Notes under the pieces: model-generated
What the model was told of the DNA's origin: nothing
The model's database searches: none
What the model saw: the letters and a program-made list of their open reading frames with translations, nothing else
Assembly (NCBI GenBank): GCA_963705165.1
Contig: CAVPJD010000012.1
Coordinates: forward strand, 1-64,000
Source: an uncultured delta proteobacterium
Lineage (GTDB): Bacteria > Desulfobacterota > Syntrophia > Syntrophales > UBA2192
Length of the DNA: 64,000 bases
Direction of reading: 5' to 3'
Made by a program: the position numbers and the translations under genes
Part shown: positions 19,630 to 27,369 of the stretch, piece after piece
Layout: every line of letters begins with the position of its first letter
How positions within the stretch are numbered: position 1 is the stretch's first letter

Positions 19630-21786
19630 ATGTTCAGTCAAATTCGGAAGCGGGATGGTCGTGTTGTCAAATTTGACTCAGACAAGATCATCAGCGCCAT
19701 CACAAAAGCCGGAGCAGCAACAGAGGAATACGACTCAGGCACTGCCAAGCGCCTGACGATCAAGGTGCTCTCGCTGGCCGAGCAGCTTCTGGGCGACCGG
19801 ATTCCAAGCGTCGAAGAAATCCAGGACATCGTCGAGGAGACCCTGCTCCAGTCTCCATACCGCAAAACCGCCAAGGCCTACATCATCTACCGCGACCAGC
19901 ACGCCCGGTTGAGGGAAGTCATCAACAAGATGGAAGTCGACCTGGTGGACCAGTACCTGTCCAAGGCGGATTGGAAGATCAACGAAAACAGCAATATGGA
20001 CTACTCCCTCCAGGGGCTCAACAACTACATCTCCTCGGAGGTGAGCAAGGTCTACTGGCTCAACGAGATCTATACCCCCGAGATCAAGAAAGCACACACC
20101 GACGGCAACTTCCACATCCACGACCTGAGCCTCCTTTCGGTCTACTGCGTCGGATGGGACCTTTACGATCTCCTCATCGAGGGCTTCCGAGGCGTCACCG
20201 GCAAGGTGGAAAGCCGCCCGGCGAAGCACCTCCGCAGCGCCCTGGGGCAGGTGGTGAACTTCTTCTACACCCTCCAGGGGGAAGCGGCCGGCGCCCAGGC
20301 CTTCTCGAACTTCGACACGCTGCTGGCGCCCTTCATCCGCTATGACAAGCTCACCTACACAGAAGTGAAACAGGCCCTGCAGGAGTTCATCTTCAACATC
20401 AACGTCCCCACGAGGGTGGGCTTCCAGACGCCCTTCACCAACGTGACCCTCGACGTGAACGTGCCGAAGCACTACGCCGAGAAAAACGTCATCATCGGCG
20501 GCGTGCCCAAGAAGGAGACCTACGGCGAGTTTCAGGAAGAGCTGAACCTTTTCAACAAGGCGTTCCTGGAGGTGATGGCGGAGGGGGATGCGAAAGGCCG
20601 TGTCTTCACATTCCCCATCCCCACCTACAGCATCACGAAGGACTTCAACTGGGACAACCCCCTGATGGACGGCCTCTGGGAGATGACGGCGAAGTACGGC
20701 GTGCCCTACTTCTCGAACTTCGTCAACTCCGACATGAGCCCCGAGGATGCCCGCAGCATGTGCTGCCGGCTTCGCATCGACAACCGCGAGCTCGTGAAAC
20801 GCGGCGGCGGCCTCTTCGGTTCCAACCCGCTCACGGGCTCCATCGGCGTCGTGACGCTCAACCTGCCGCGCCTGGGCTACCTGGCCCAGTCCGAGGGCGA
20901 GTTCTTAGAGCGCCTCGAGAAGCTCATGTACCACGCCAAGGAGAGCCTCGAGATCAAGAGAAAGGTGCTGGAGGCCTTCACGGACCGCAACCTCTACCCC
21001 TACACGAAGCACTACCTGAGGGGCATCCGGGAGCGCATGGGGAGCTACTGGAAGAACCACTTCTCCACGATCGGGCTCGTGGGCATGAACGAGGCCTGCC
21101 TGAACCTGATGGGCAAGACGATCGCCGATCGCGAGGGCATGGACTTCGCCAAGCGCGTGCTCGACTTCATGAACGCCAAGCTCCTCGAGTACCAGGTCGA
21201 GACGGGCAACAACTTCAACCTGGAAGCCACGCCCGCCGAGGGGACTTCCTTCAGCCTCGCGCGGATCGACAAGGAGAAGTACCCCGACATCATCTCGGCC
21301 AACGAGAACGGCGGGCCCGCCTTCTACACCAACTCGACGCAGCTGCCGGTGAACTACACCGACGACATTTTCGAGGCCCTCGATCTGCAGGACGAGATCC
21401 AGGTGAAGTACACGGGCGGCACCGTGTTCCACACCTTCATCGGCGAGCGCATCGCCGAGCCCGTTGCGGCGAAAATCCTCGTGCGCAAGATCTGCGAGAC
21501 CTACCACATGCCCTACTTCACGCTGACGCCGACCTTCAGCGTCTGCCCGGACCACGGGTACATCCGCGGCGAGATCGCGGCCTGCCCCGACTGCAACGCG
21601 GCCACCGAGATCTACTCGCGAGTCGTGGGCTACCTGAGGCCCGTCAAGCAGTGGAACAAGGGCAAGCAGGCCGAGTTCGAACTGCGCCAGACCTACCGCG
21701 TCAACGGCACCTCGTCGGAGGAGAAGGAAGAGGACGTGCGGCCCTATCCCGTGGAAGTCGCCCTGCAACCGGGGGTCGTACGCTGA
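19630..21786 (+). CDS. nrdD: Anaerobic (class III) ribonucleoside-triphosphate reductase with ATP cone
   Basis: N-terminal KRDGR ATP cone, HIHDL, SMCCRL, ATPAEG, CPDH...CPDC metal site and glycyl-radical loop YSRVVGY. Confidence 0.96.
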   Translation: MFSQIRKRDGRVVKFDSDKIISAITKAGAATEEYDSGTAKRLTIKVLSLAEQLLGDRIPSVEEIQDIVEETLLQSPYRKTAKAYIIYRDQHARLREVINKMEVDLVDQYLSKADWKINENSNMDYSLQGLNNYISSEVSKVYWLNEIYTPEIKKAHTDGNFHIHDLSLLSVYCVGWDLYDLLIEGFRGVTGKVESRPAKHLRSALGQVVNFFYTLQGEAAGAQAFSNFDTLLAPFIRYDKLTYTEVKQALQEFIFNINVPTRVGFQTPFTNVTLDVNVPKHYAEKNVIIGGVPKKETYGEFQEELNLFNKAFLEVMAEGDAKGRVFTFPIPTYSITKDFNWDNPLMDGLWEMTAKYGVPYFSNFVNSDMSPEDARSMCCRLRIDNRELVKRGGGLFGSNPLTGSIGVVTLNLPRLGYLAQSEGEFLERLEKLMYHAKESLEIKRKVLEAFTDRNLYPYTKHYLRGIRERMGSYWKNHFSTIGLVGMNEACLNLMGKTIADREGMDFAKRVLDFMNAKLLEYQVETGNNFNLEATPAEGTSFSLARIDKEKYPDIISANENGGPAFYTNSTQLPVNYTDDIFEALDLQDEIQVKYTGGTVFHTFIGERIAEPVAAKILVRKICETYHMPYFTLTPTFSVCPDHGYIRGEIAACPDCNAATEIYSRVVGYLRPVKQWNKGKQAEFELRQTYRVNGTSSEEKEEDVRPYPVEVALQPGVVR

Positions 21787-21817
21787 GACGTTCGTAAAGC
21801 TGAAGACCTGAAACCAT

Positions 21818-21863
21818 AACCGGGCTGCTGGGGCGTCAACCGACGCATCGGCAGCCCGGTTTT
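21818..21863 (+). terminator. Intrinsic terminator after nrdD
   Basis: aaccgggctgc...gcagcccggtt stem followed by a T-rich tract. Confidence 0.75.
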
Positions 21864-21914
21864 CAGTTTTATTAAATTTCTTACCATTGAATGATAATCC
21901 AGGAGGTGATCACC

Positions 21915-22229
21915 ATGTCAGCCGTTCGAATCACACCCCAGGAAGCGTACTCAAAGGTCAAGGCCGGGCAGGCCCTTCTCGTCTGCGGCTACGAGGAGGA
22001 AGAGAAGTTCAGGGCCCTGCGGCTCGAGATGGCCGTCTCCTTCGCCGAGTTCCAGAAGATGCTCCCCACCCTGCTCAAGGATAAGGAGATCATCTTCTAC
22101 TGCGCCTGAACGAAGGAGCACACGGCCGCCGGTCAGGCGGTGAATTACAACAAGCTGGGCTACCCGAACGCCAAGGCCCTTCTCGACGGCGTCGAGGGAT
22201 GGAAGAAGGCGGGGTACAAGGTTCTGTAA
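21915..22229 (+). CDS. Rhodanese-like selenoprotein (104 aa, in-frame TGA at 22107-22109)
   Basis: AGGAGG RBS. The frame continues past TGA: IIFYCA(U)TKEHTAAGQAVNYNKLGYPNAKALLDGVEGWKKAGYKVL*, which completes the rhodanese C-terminal signature. A hairpin follows the TGA. Confidence 0.85.
22110..22142 (+). promoter_or_regulatory. Putative bacterial SECIS hairpin
   Basis: Stem GCCGCC (22125-22130), loop GGTCA, stem GGCGGT (22136-22141), starting about 15 nt after the UGA. Confidence 0.65.
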
Positions 22230-22381
22230 AAATCCTCCCCTGCCCGCCCACAAGAAGAGAGGTATTGGGAACTGGGATATTCGGTAAATACCGGGATCGG
22301 GGACGGTGGTGACAAAGGTGACAAACCCGGAATGCAACGGGGTCGCATCCCGGTCATTCAATCTTCGACAAGGATCTCCCG

Positions 22382-23113
22382 ATGAAAATTATCGCCTTCA
22401 ACGGCAGCCCGCGGGCGGAGAAGGGCAACACGCATTTCATGGTGGAAGCATTCCTGAAAGGGGCGCAGGAGGCGGGTGCCGAGACAGAAAACATTTTTCT
22501 CGCCAAACAGAAAATCAAGCCCTGCACAGGCTGTTTCTGCTGCTGGGTCAAGACGCCCGGCGCGTGCGCGATCAAGGACGACATGGCGGAGTTGCGCAGC
22601 AAATACATGACGGCCGACATCATCGTCTTCGCCACCCCCCTTTACGTGGACAACGTCACGGGGATCATGAAGAACTTCATGGACCGCCTCGTCCCGCTGG
22701 CCGATCCGTATTTCGAGAAAGACGAAAACGGCCAGTACCGCCACGTCAAGGGCTTCGACAAGATCCAGAAGATCGCCGTGATCTCCAACTGCGGCTTCCC
22801 GGAGCAGGAGCACTTCCAGGTCCTGCGCCTGCTCTTCCGAAGGATCGCAAGGAACTTCCACTCCGAAGTGATCGCCGAGATCTACCGCGGCGCAGGGCAG
22901 CTCCTGCAGGTGGATCATCTCATGCTGAAGCCCCTCATCTGGAAATACAAAAAGCTCCTGGAGAAGGCGGGAAAAGAGGTGGTGCAGAATATGCGCCTCT
23001 CGGAGGCGACGCGCGAGGAACTCGAGAAGCCCCTCATCCCGCACGACATGTACATGAAGGGCGCAAACAAGGAGTGGGACAGTCAGCTGAAGGAACTCGC
23101 ACCGAAGGGATGA
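22382..23113 (+). CDS. Iron-sulfur flavoprotein / NADPH-dependent FMN reductase family protein
   Basis: NGSPR..GNT, CTGCFCCW...C, ATPLY and MKNFMDR motifs. Confidence 0.88.
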   Translation: MKIIAFNGSPRAEKGNTHFMVEAFLKGAQEAGAETENIFLAKQKIKPCTGCFCCWVKTPGACAIKDDMAELRSKYMTADIIVFATPLYVDNVTGIMKNFMDRLVPLADPYFEKDENGQYRHVKGFDKIQKIAVISNCGFPEQEHFQVLRLLFRRIARNFHSEVIAEIYRGAGQLLQVDHLMLKPLIWKYKKLLEKAGKEVVQNMRLSEATREELEKPLIPHDMYMKGANKEWDSQLKELAPKG

Positions 23114-23131
23114 GGGCTGACTCGTACATGA

Positions 23132-23401
23132 TCACGCAAAGAGGATGAGCAGGACGGCCGGGATGGCCAGGACCAGGGCGGATGTGGCCCACCAGTTCGC
23201 ATCCGGTATGCCATGCATCTTCCACCGGACCCCCGCGAAGGCCGCGCCCAATCCGGCCAGAACGGATAGAAACGCGATGGCGATGGCCAGCAAGCCTCGG
23301 TTGCGGCACCCCAGGACATCGACCGGCGCCGTTGCGACAACCAGAAAAAGGACCGGTGCAAAGGCGGGAAGAAGGATGTGGCGGAAGATCCGGTCGTTCA
23401 T
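23132..23401 (-). CDS. Small membrane protein (about 3 TM)
   Basis: Hydrophobic 89-aa ORF with an ATG start. Confidence 0.65.
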   Translation of the reverse strand: MNDRIFRHILLPAFAPVLFLVVATAPVDVLGCRNRGLLAIAIAFLSVLAGLGAAFAGVRWKMHGIPDANWWATSALVLAIPAVLLILFA

Positions 23402-23478
23402 TTATAATATCCCTGCTATTTTATCGGGTGATGCATGATTTTCTTTAGCCGCACGGCTCGGCGTCGAGGGAAACGGTG

Positions 23479-24072
23479 ATGAATATATCCGTCATCCTGG
23501 CGCACCCGACAGCCGGCAGCTTCAACCACGCCATCGCATTGAAAGCCGTCAAGGCACTGAAGCAAAACGGCCACGCTGTCTGTTTTCACGATCTCTACCA
23601 GGAGCGTTTCGACCCCCTTTTGACGGGCACAGAATTTGCCCGGGAGGCTTCGCTGCCCCCCGAGATTCAAAGGCACTGTCGAGAGATCGCCGAGGCCGAC
23701 GGGATTGTTATCATCCACCCGAACTGGTGGGGCCAGCCCCCGGCGATCTTGAAGGGCTGGGTCGACCGGGTCATCCGGCCTGGCATCGCCTATGAATTTC
23801 TCGAGGGCGACAAGGGCGAAGGTATCCCGAAGGGATTGCTGAAAGCGCGGGCGGCTCTTGTCTTCAACACCTCCAACACGCCCGGGGAGCGCGAGCGGGA
23901 CGTTTTTGCCGATCCTCTCGAGACACTCTGGAAGAACTGCGTTTTCGGGCTCTGCGGAGTCGAGAACATCTATCGGAAAATGTTTTGCGTCGTCGTCACC
24001 AGTTCGGCAGGCGAGAGGGCACAGTGGCTGCAGGACGTCGAAGATGCCGTGAGCCGTTATTTCCCGAAATAG
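23479..24072 (+). CDS. NAD(P)H-dependent oxidoreductase (Flavodoxin_2 / quinone reductase)
   Basis: AHP..GSFN, HDLY and PNWWGQPPAILKGWVDRV motifs. Confidence 0.9.
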   Translation: MNISVILAHPTAGSFNHAIALKAVKALKQNGHAVCFHDLYQERFDPLLTGTEFAREASLPPEIQRHCREIAEADGIVIIHPNWWGQPPAILKGWVDRVIRPGIAYEFLEGDKGEGIPKGLLKARAALVFNTSNTPGERERDVFADPLETLWKNCVFGLCGVENIYRKMFCVVVTSSAGERAQWLQDVEDAVSRYFPK

Positions 24073-24120
24073 CCGGATTAAACTAGGAACCTTCCCTATT
24101 TTGACAATGGCGAGACCGAC

Positions 24121-25113
24121 ATGAGCTACGACACACCCGAAGCCATCCTGAAACTGGGCCGTAATTTCTGGGAGAGCCGGATATTGCTGTCAGCGGCCGA
24201 GATGAACCTCTTCACCCTTCTCGAAGAAAAGCCGTCATCCGCAGGCGACCTCGCAGACCGGCTGCATGCCGATCCGCGGGGCCTGACCATCCTGCTCGAT
24301 GCGCTGGCGGCCATCGGTCTTCTTGCCAAGGAGGCGGGCACCTACCGCACCGCCCCCGATGCCGCCCCGTTCCTGACCGACAAGAGCCCCCGGTCGGTAC
24401 GTCCCATGCTCCTCCACGCGGCCCACCTGTGGGAGAGTTGGTCCAACCTTACGCCCATCGTCAGAGGGGCCGGCTCGTCCGAGCCCCCGGCATCGGAGGC
24501 ACGGGACGCCGACGAACTGCACGCCTTCATCGGGGCCATGCACGTGGTGGGGACACCCTTGGCGCAGAAGATCGTAACGGCGATCCAGCCAGGCCCGGCA
24601 CGGAACCTGATCGACGTGGGCGGCGCCTCGGGGACGTACACCATCGCCTTTCTGAAGGCCGCACCCGAACTGAAGGCAACGCTTTTCGACAGGCCCGCCG
24701 TCATCCCGATGGCCCGCGAGCGCCTGGCCGAGGCAGGAGTGCTCGAACGGGTCCGTCTCGTGGCGGGGGACTTCTACAGAAATGAGCTGCCCGGCGGCCA
24801 CGACCTGGCGCTTCTTTCCGCCATCATCCACCAGAACAGCCCCGAGGAAAACGTCGATCTCTTCCGGAAGGTATTCCGCGCGCTCGTTTCCGGGGGCCGG
24901 ATCGTCATCCGCGATCACGTCATGGAACCTGACCGCACCGAGCCTAAAGACGGGGCGATCTTCGCCGTCAACATGCTCGTGAACACGGAAGGGGGCTCGA
25001 CCTACACCTGCGAGGAGATCCGATTCTGGCTCGAGGAGGCGGGATTCGCGAACGTCCGGTACCTTAAGGCAGGGGAGCACATGGATGCACTTATAGAGGC
25101 GTTTAAACCATAG
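24121..25113 (+). CDS. SAM-dependent O-methyltransferase (dimerisation domain plus Methyltransf_2)
   Basis: N-terminal AAEMNLF winged helix; DVGGASG, GDF and LSAIIH motifs. Confidence 0.88.
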   Translation: MSYDTPEAILKLGRNFWESRILLSAAEMNLFTLLEEKPSSAGDLADRLHADPRGLTILLDALAAIGLLAKEAGTYRTAPDAAPFLTDKSPRSVRPMLLHAAHLWESWSNLTPIVRGAGSSEPPASEARDADELHAFIGAMHVVGTPLAQKIVTAIQPGPARNLIDVGGASGTYTIAFLKAAPELKATLFDRPAVIPMARERLAEAGVLERVRLVAGDFYRNELPGGHDLALLSAIIHQNSPEENVDLFRKVFRALVSGGRIVIRDHVMEPDRTEPKDGAIFAVNMLVNTEGGSTYTCEEIRFWLEEAGFANVRYLKAGEHMDALIEAFKP

Positions 25114-25144
25114 CAGGCTTTACAACGCGGCCGGGGACCATTCA

Positions 25145-25180
25145 CCCTCACCCCTGCCCTCTCCCCTCAAGGGAGAGGGG
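25145..25180. repeat. REP-like hairpin CCCTCACCCnnnCCCTCTCCCCTCAAGGGAGAGGG
   Basis: Near-identical copies at about 51492, 58020 and 63066. Confidence 0.8.
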
Positions 25181-25202
25181 GTCTGGATGGAGGAAATCAA
25201 AC

Positions 25203-25385
25203 ATGAAACCCTTCACTGCAATGGCCATCGGCATCTTCGCGCTGATCTGCCTTGCGCACATCGTTCGGCTGGGATATGGTCTCGACATCGCTATCGGCGG
25301 GTGGGTCGTCCCCCTGTGGGTGAGCGTGCCCGGCGCCGTCGTGACGGGCGGCCTGGCCTTCATGCTCTGGAAGGAGATGCACTGA
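25203..25385 (+). CDS. Small membrane protein (2 TM)
   Basis: GGAGG RBS; hydrophobic 60-aa ORF. Confidence 0.7.
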   Translation: MKPFTAMAIGIFALICLAHIVRLGYGLDIAIGGWVVPLWVSVPGAVVTGGLAFMLWKEMH

Positions 25386-25389
25386 TCCC

Positions 25390-25677
25390 ATGATTGCCGC
25401 GTACTTCGTCGCCTTCATCCTCTTCACCGTCCTTTTCTTTGCCTTCTTCCACTATTCGCCGAAAGACCGCAAAGGCGTCGCGGCCTTCAACATCGGCGTA
25501 TTCGTCCTGACGGGAAGTCTTTGCGGCTGGTACGTCCGCAAGCTGCACGGGGAGATGGCGGGGACGGTCGATTCCGAATGGTTCATCTACATCGCCCCGC
25601 TTGCCGCCCTCGGCATCGCGATCGTGGTCCTGGCCGTCGGCGGTCTGCTGCGCAACTACGTCGTCTTTCGCCGGTGA
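25390..25677 (+). CDS. Small membrane protein (3 TM)
   Basis: Hydrophobic 95-aa ORF with host-like codon usage. Confidence 0.7.
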   Translation: MIAAYFVAFILFTVLFFAFFHYSPKDRKGVAAFNIGVFVLTGSLCGWYVRKLHGEMAGTVDSEWFIYIAPLAALGIAIVVLAVGGLLRNYVVFRR

Positions 25678-25816
25678 GTTTCGTTTACAGCTCCACGGAG
25701 CGGACGATCAACAACGCCGAGGCCCTGAAGCTCTACCTGGAAAGAAGAACGTAAAGCGGGAGTTCCCGGAAGGCACTGGCCGGCTGACGGAAAGGCGCGG
25801 ACTGAGGGAGGGGACC

Positions 25817-26707
25817 TTGACCGAGAAGCACTGGCAGATCTACACGGCGGCAACCGCGGTGATCGCCGTTCTCGTCTCCGTGTATTGTCTCTCGGAAGAC
25901 ATCACCGCCATTTTTGTCCACCTCTACTACATTCCCATCATCATCGCTTCGTACCGGTATCGCGAGCGCGGTATCCTTTTATCGCTGTTTCTCGTCATGG
26001 TCTTTCTGCTGCTCGTCTTCTTCTATTTCCCCGGAGATATCCATGTCATGATCGAAGGCGCCATCCGGGGTTTCGCGCTCATGGCCATCGCCGTGATCAT
26101 CTCGGTACTCTCGGGCCGCATCCAGAGCCACGTCGATGCCCTGCATTGCGAGATCGACGGGCACAAGAAGACCGAGGAAGCCCTGCGGCAGAGCGAGTCC
26201 CGCTACATGGAGCTGAGCATCACCGATGATCTCACGGGGCTTTACAACCCGCGCCACTTCTATCATCTGCTCCAGGCCGAGATCGAGCGTACCGAGCGCT
26301 ACGGGCGGCCTCTCTCGCTGTTGCTTCTCGACATCGACGATTTCAAGCACTTCAACGACCACTATGGCCACATGGAGGGCGATCGCGTATTGGAGCGCAT
26401 CGGGGCGACCATCCAGAGGTGCATCAGAAAAACCGATTGGGCTTTCCGCTATGGCGGCGAGGAATTCACCGTCTTCATGCCGGAAACCGAGGGGGATCAG
26501 GCCGAGGTCGTGGCGGAGAGAATCCGGGCGGAATTCGCCGCCGAGCGCTTCCGGCCTGTCCCGGGCTGCGAGGAAATCAAGACGGTGAGCATCGGGCTTG
26601 CCGGGTACCGGCCGGGCGAGGACATGAAGGCTTTCATCAGCCGGGCCGACCGGAGCATGTACGAGGCCAAGAGGCAGGGCAAGGACCGCGTCTGCTCCGC
26701 TGCATGA
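25817..26707 (+). CDS. Membrane-anchored diguanylate cyclase (GGDEF)
   Basis: TTG start after GGGAGG; N-terminal TMs; DDLTGLYN, DIDDFKHFND, RxxD I-site (RKTD) and GGEEF. Confidence 0.9.
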   Translation: MTEKHWQIYTAATAVIAVLVSVYCLSEDITAIFVHLYYIPIIIASYRYRERGILLSLFLVMVFLLLVFFYFPGDIHVMIEGAIRGFALMAIAVIISVLSGRIQSHVDALHCEIDGHKKTEEALRQSESRYMELSITDDLTGLYNPRHFYHLLQAEIERTERYGRPLSLLLLDIDDFKHFNDHYGHMEGDRVLERIGATIQRCIRKTDWAFRYGGEEFTVFMPETEGDQAEVVAERIRAEFAAERFRPVPGCEEIKTVSIGLAGYRPGEDMKAFISRADRSMYEAKRQGKDRVCSAA

Positions 26708-26995
26708 CACAAGCTCCGATTCCGGTAGACAGACGGGAATGTCTGCAGAGCCCTTCGCACCGTATCCCTTTCAAATCATCCACTGCCATAAATGACCAGC
26801 CCATAACGGAATCTTCGTTTCAACCCCTCGAGGTGGAAAGACAATTTCAATCTCCCTTCCAAATTCGGCAGGGTCCGCACCGGGCGGGTTCGAGGGCATC
26901 ACAATCTCCGCACAACATATCATTCCGTTATCACTAATGATTTAGAATTCCCCTCCTCTTGGTACCCCTTATGCGATGGTCGTGCGGCAGTCGAC

Positions 26996-27102
26996 CGGGG
27001 GCGCATCCCGCAGGCCCCGCCGTGTAGGCGGGGTTAGGGTGAGCAATCATGTTTGGTTCTTTCCCTGCCGGGAAGCCCCGCCCTGTGGGCGGGGAGCTTC
27101 AA
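26996..27102 (+). mobile_element. Non-autonomous IS200/IS605-like two-hairpin element (PATE-like), copy 1
   Basis: Preceded by TCGAC; hairpins ccccgcc-gtgta-ggcgggg and ccccgccc-tgt-gggcgggg; ends in TTCAA; about 90% identical to 54942-55048. Confidence 0.75.
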
Positions 27103-27157
27103 TTCGTCGCCATGATTCCAGCAGACGGCCATTTTAAAAGCAGGAGGAACGGGCACA

Positions 27158-27259
27158 ATGAAAAAGAAGGTCAGGCGCTTTGTATTATATCACGAGTACT
27201 TCTGCGCTATTGTCCTGGCTGTTTTCGGCGCTTTGATGACGACGATCATCGTGGGATAA
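27158..27259 (+). CDS. Putative 33-aa single-TM small protein (MKKKVRRFVLYHEYFCAIVLAVFGALMTTIIVG)
   Basis: AGGAGG RBS; basic N-terminus followed by a hydrophobic helix. Confidence 0.55.
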   Translation: MKKKVRRFVLYHEYFCAIVLAVFGALMTTIIVG

Positions 27260-27369
27260 AACGCGCAGGCTATAATCCTTCAGCGCATTTTTTCCTTGAA
27301 TGAAGCGGGCCTGAAATGGATACTGCATGGGAACCTCCTCAATCACATTCCAGGACAGGAGACCATCCG

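Noticed and set aside
21900..26710. Integron cassette array (many short co-directional genes)
   Set aside because: I found no convincing attC sites (RYYYAAC...GTTRRRY with complementary arms) and no integrase.
26847..26918. Minus-strand micro-ORF MLCGDCDALEPARCGPCRIWKGD with two CxxC motifs
   Set aside because: Only 23 aa with no properly spaced RBS; this is compatible with chance.
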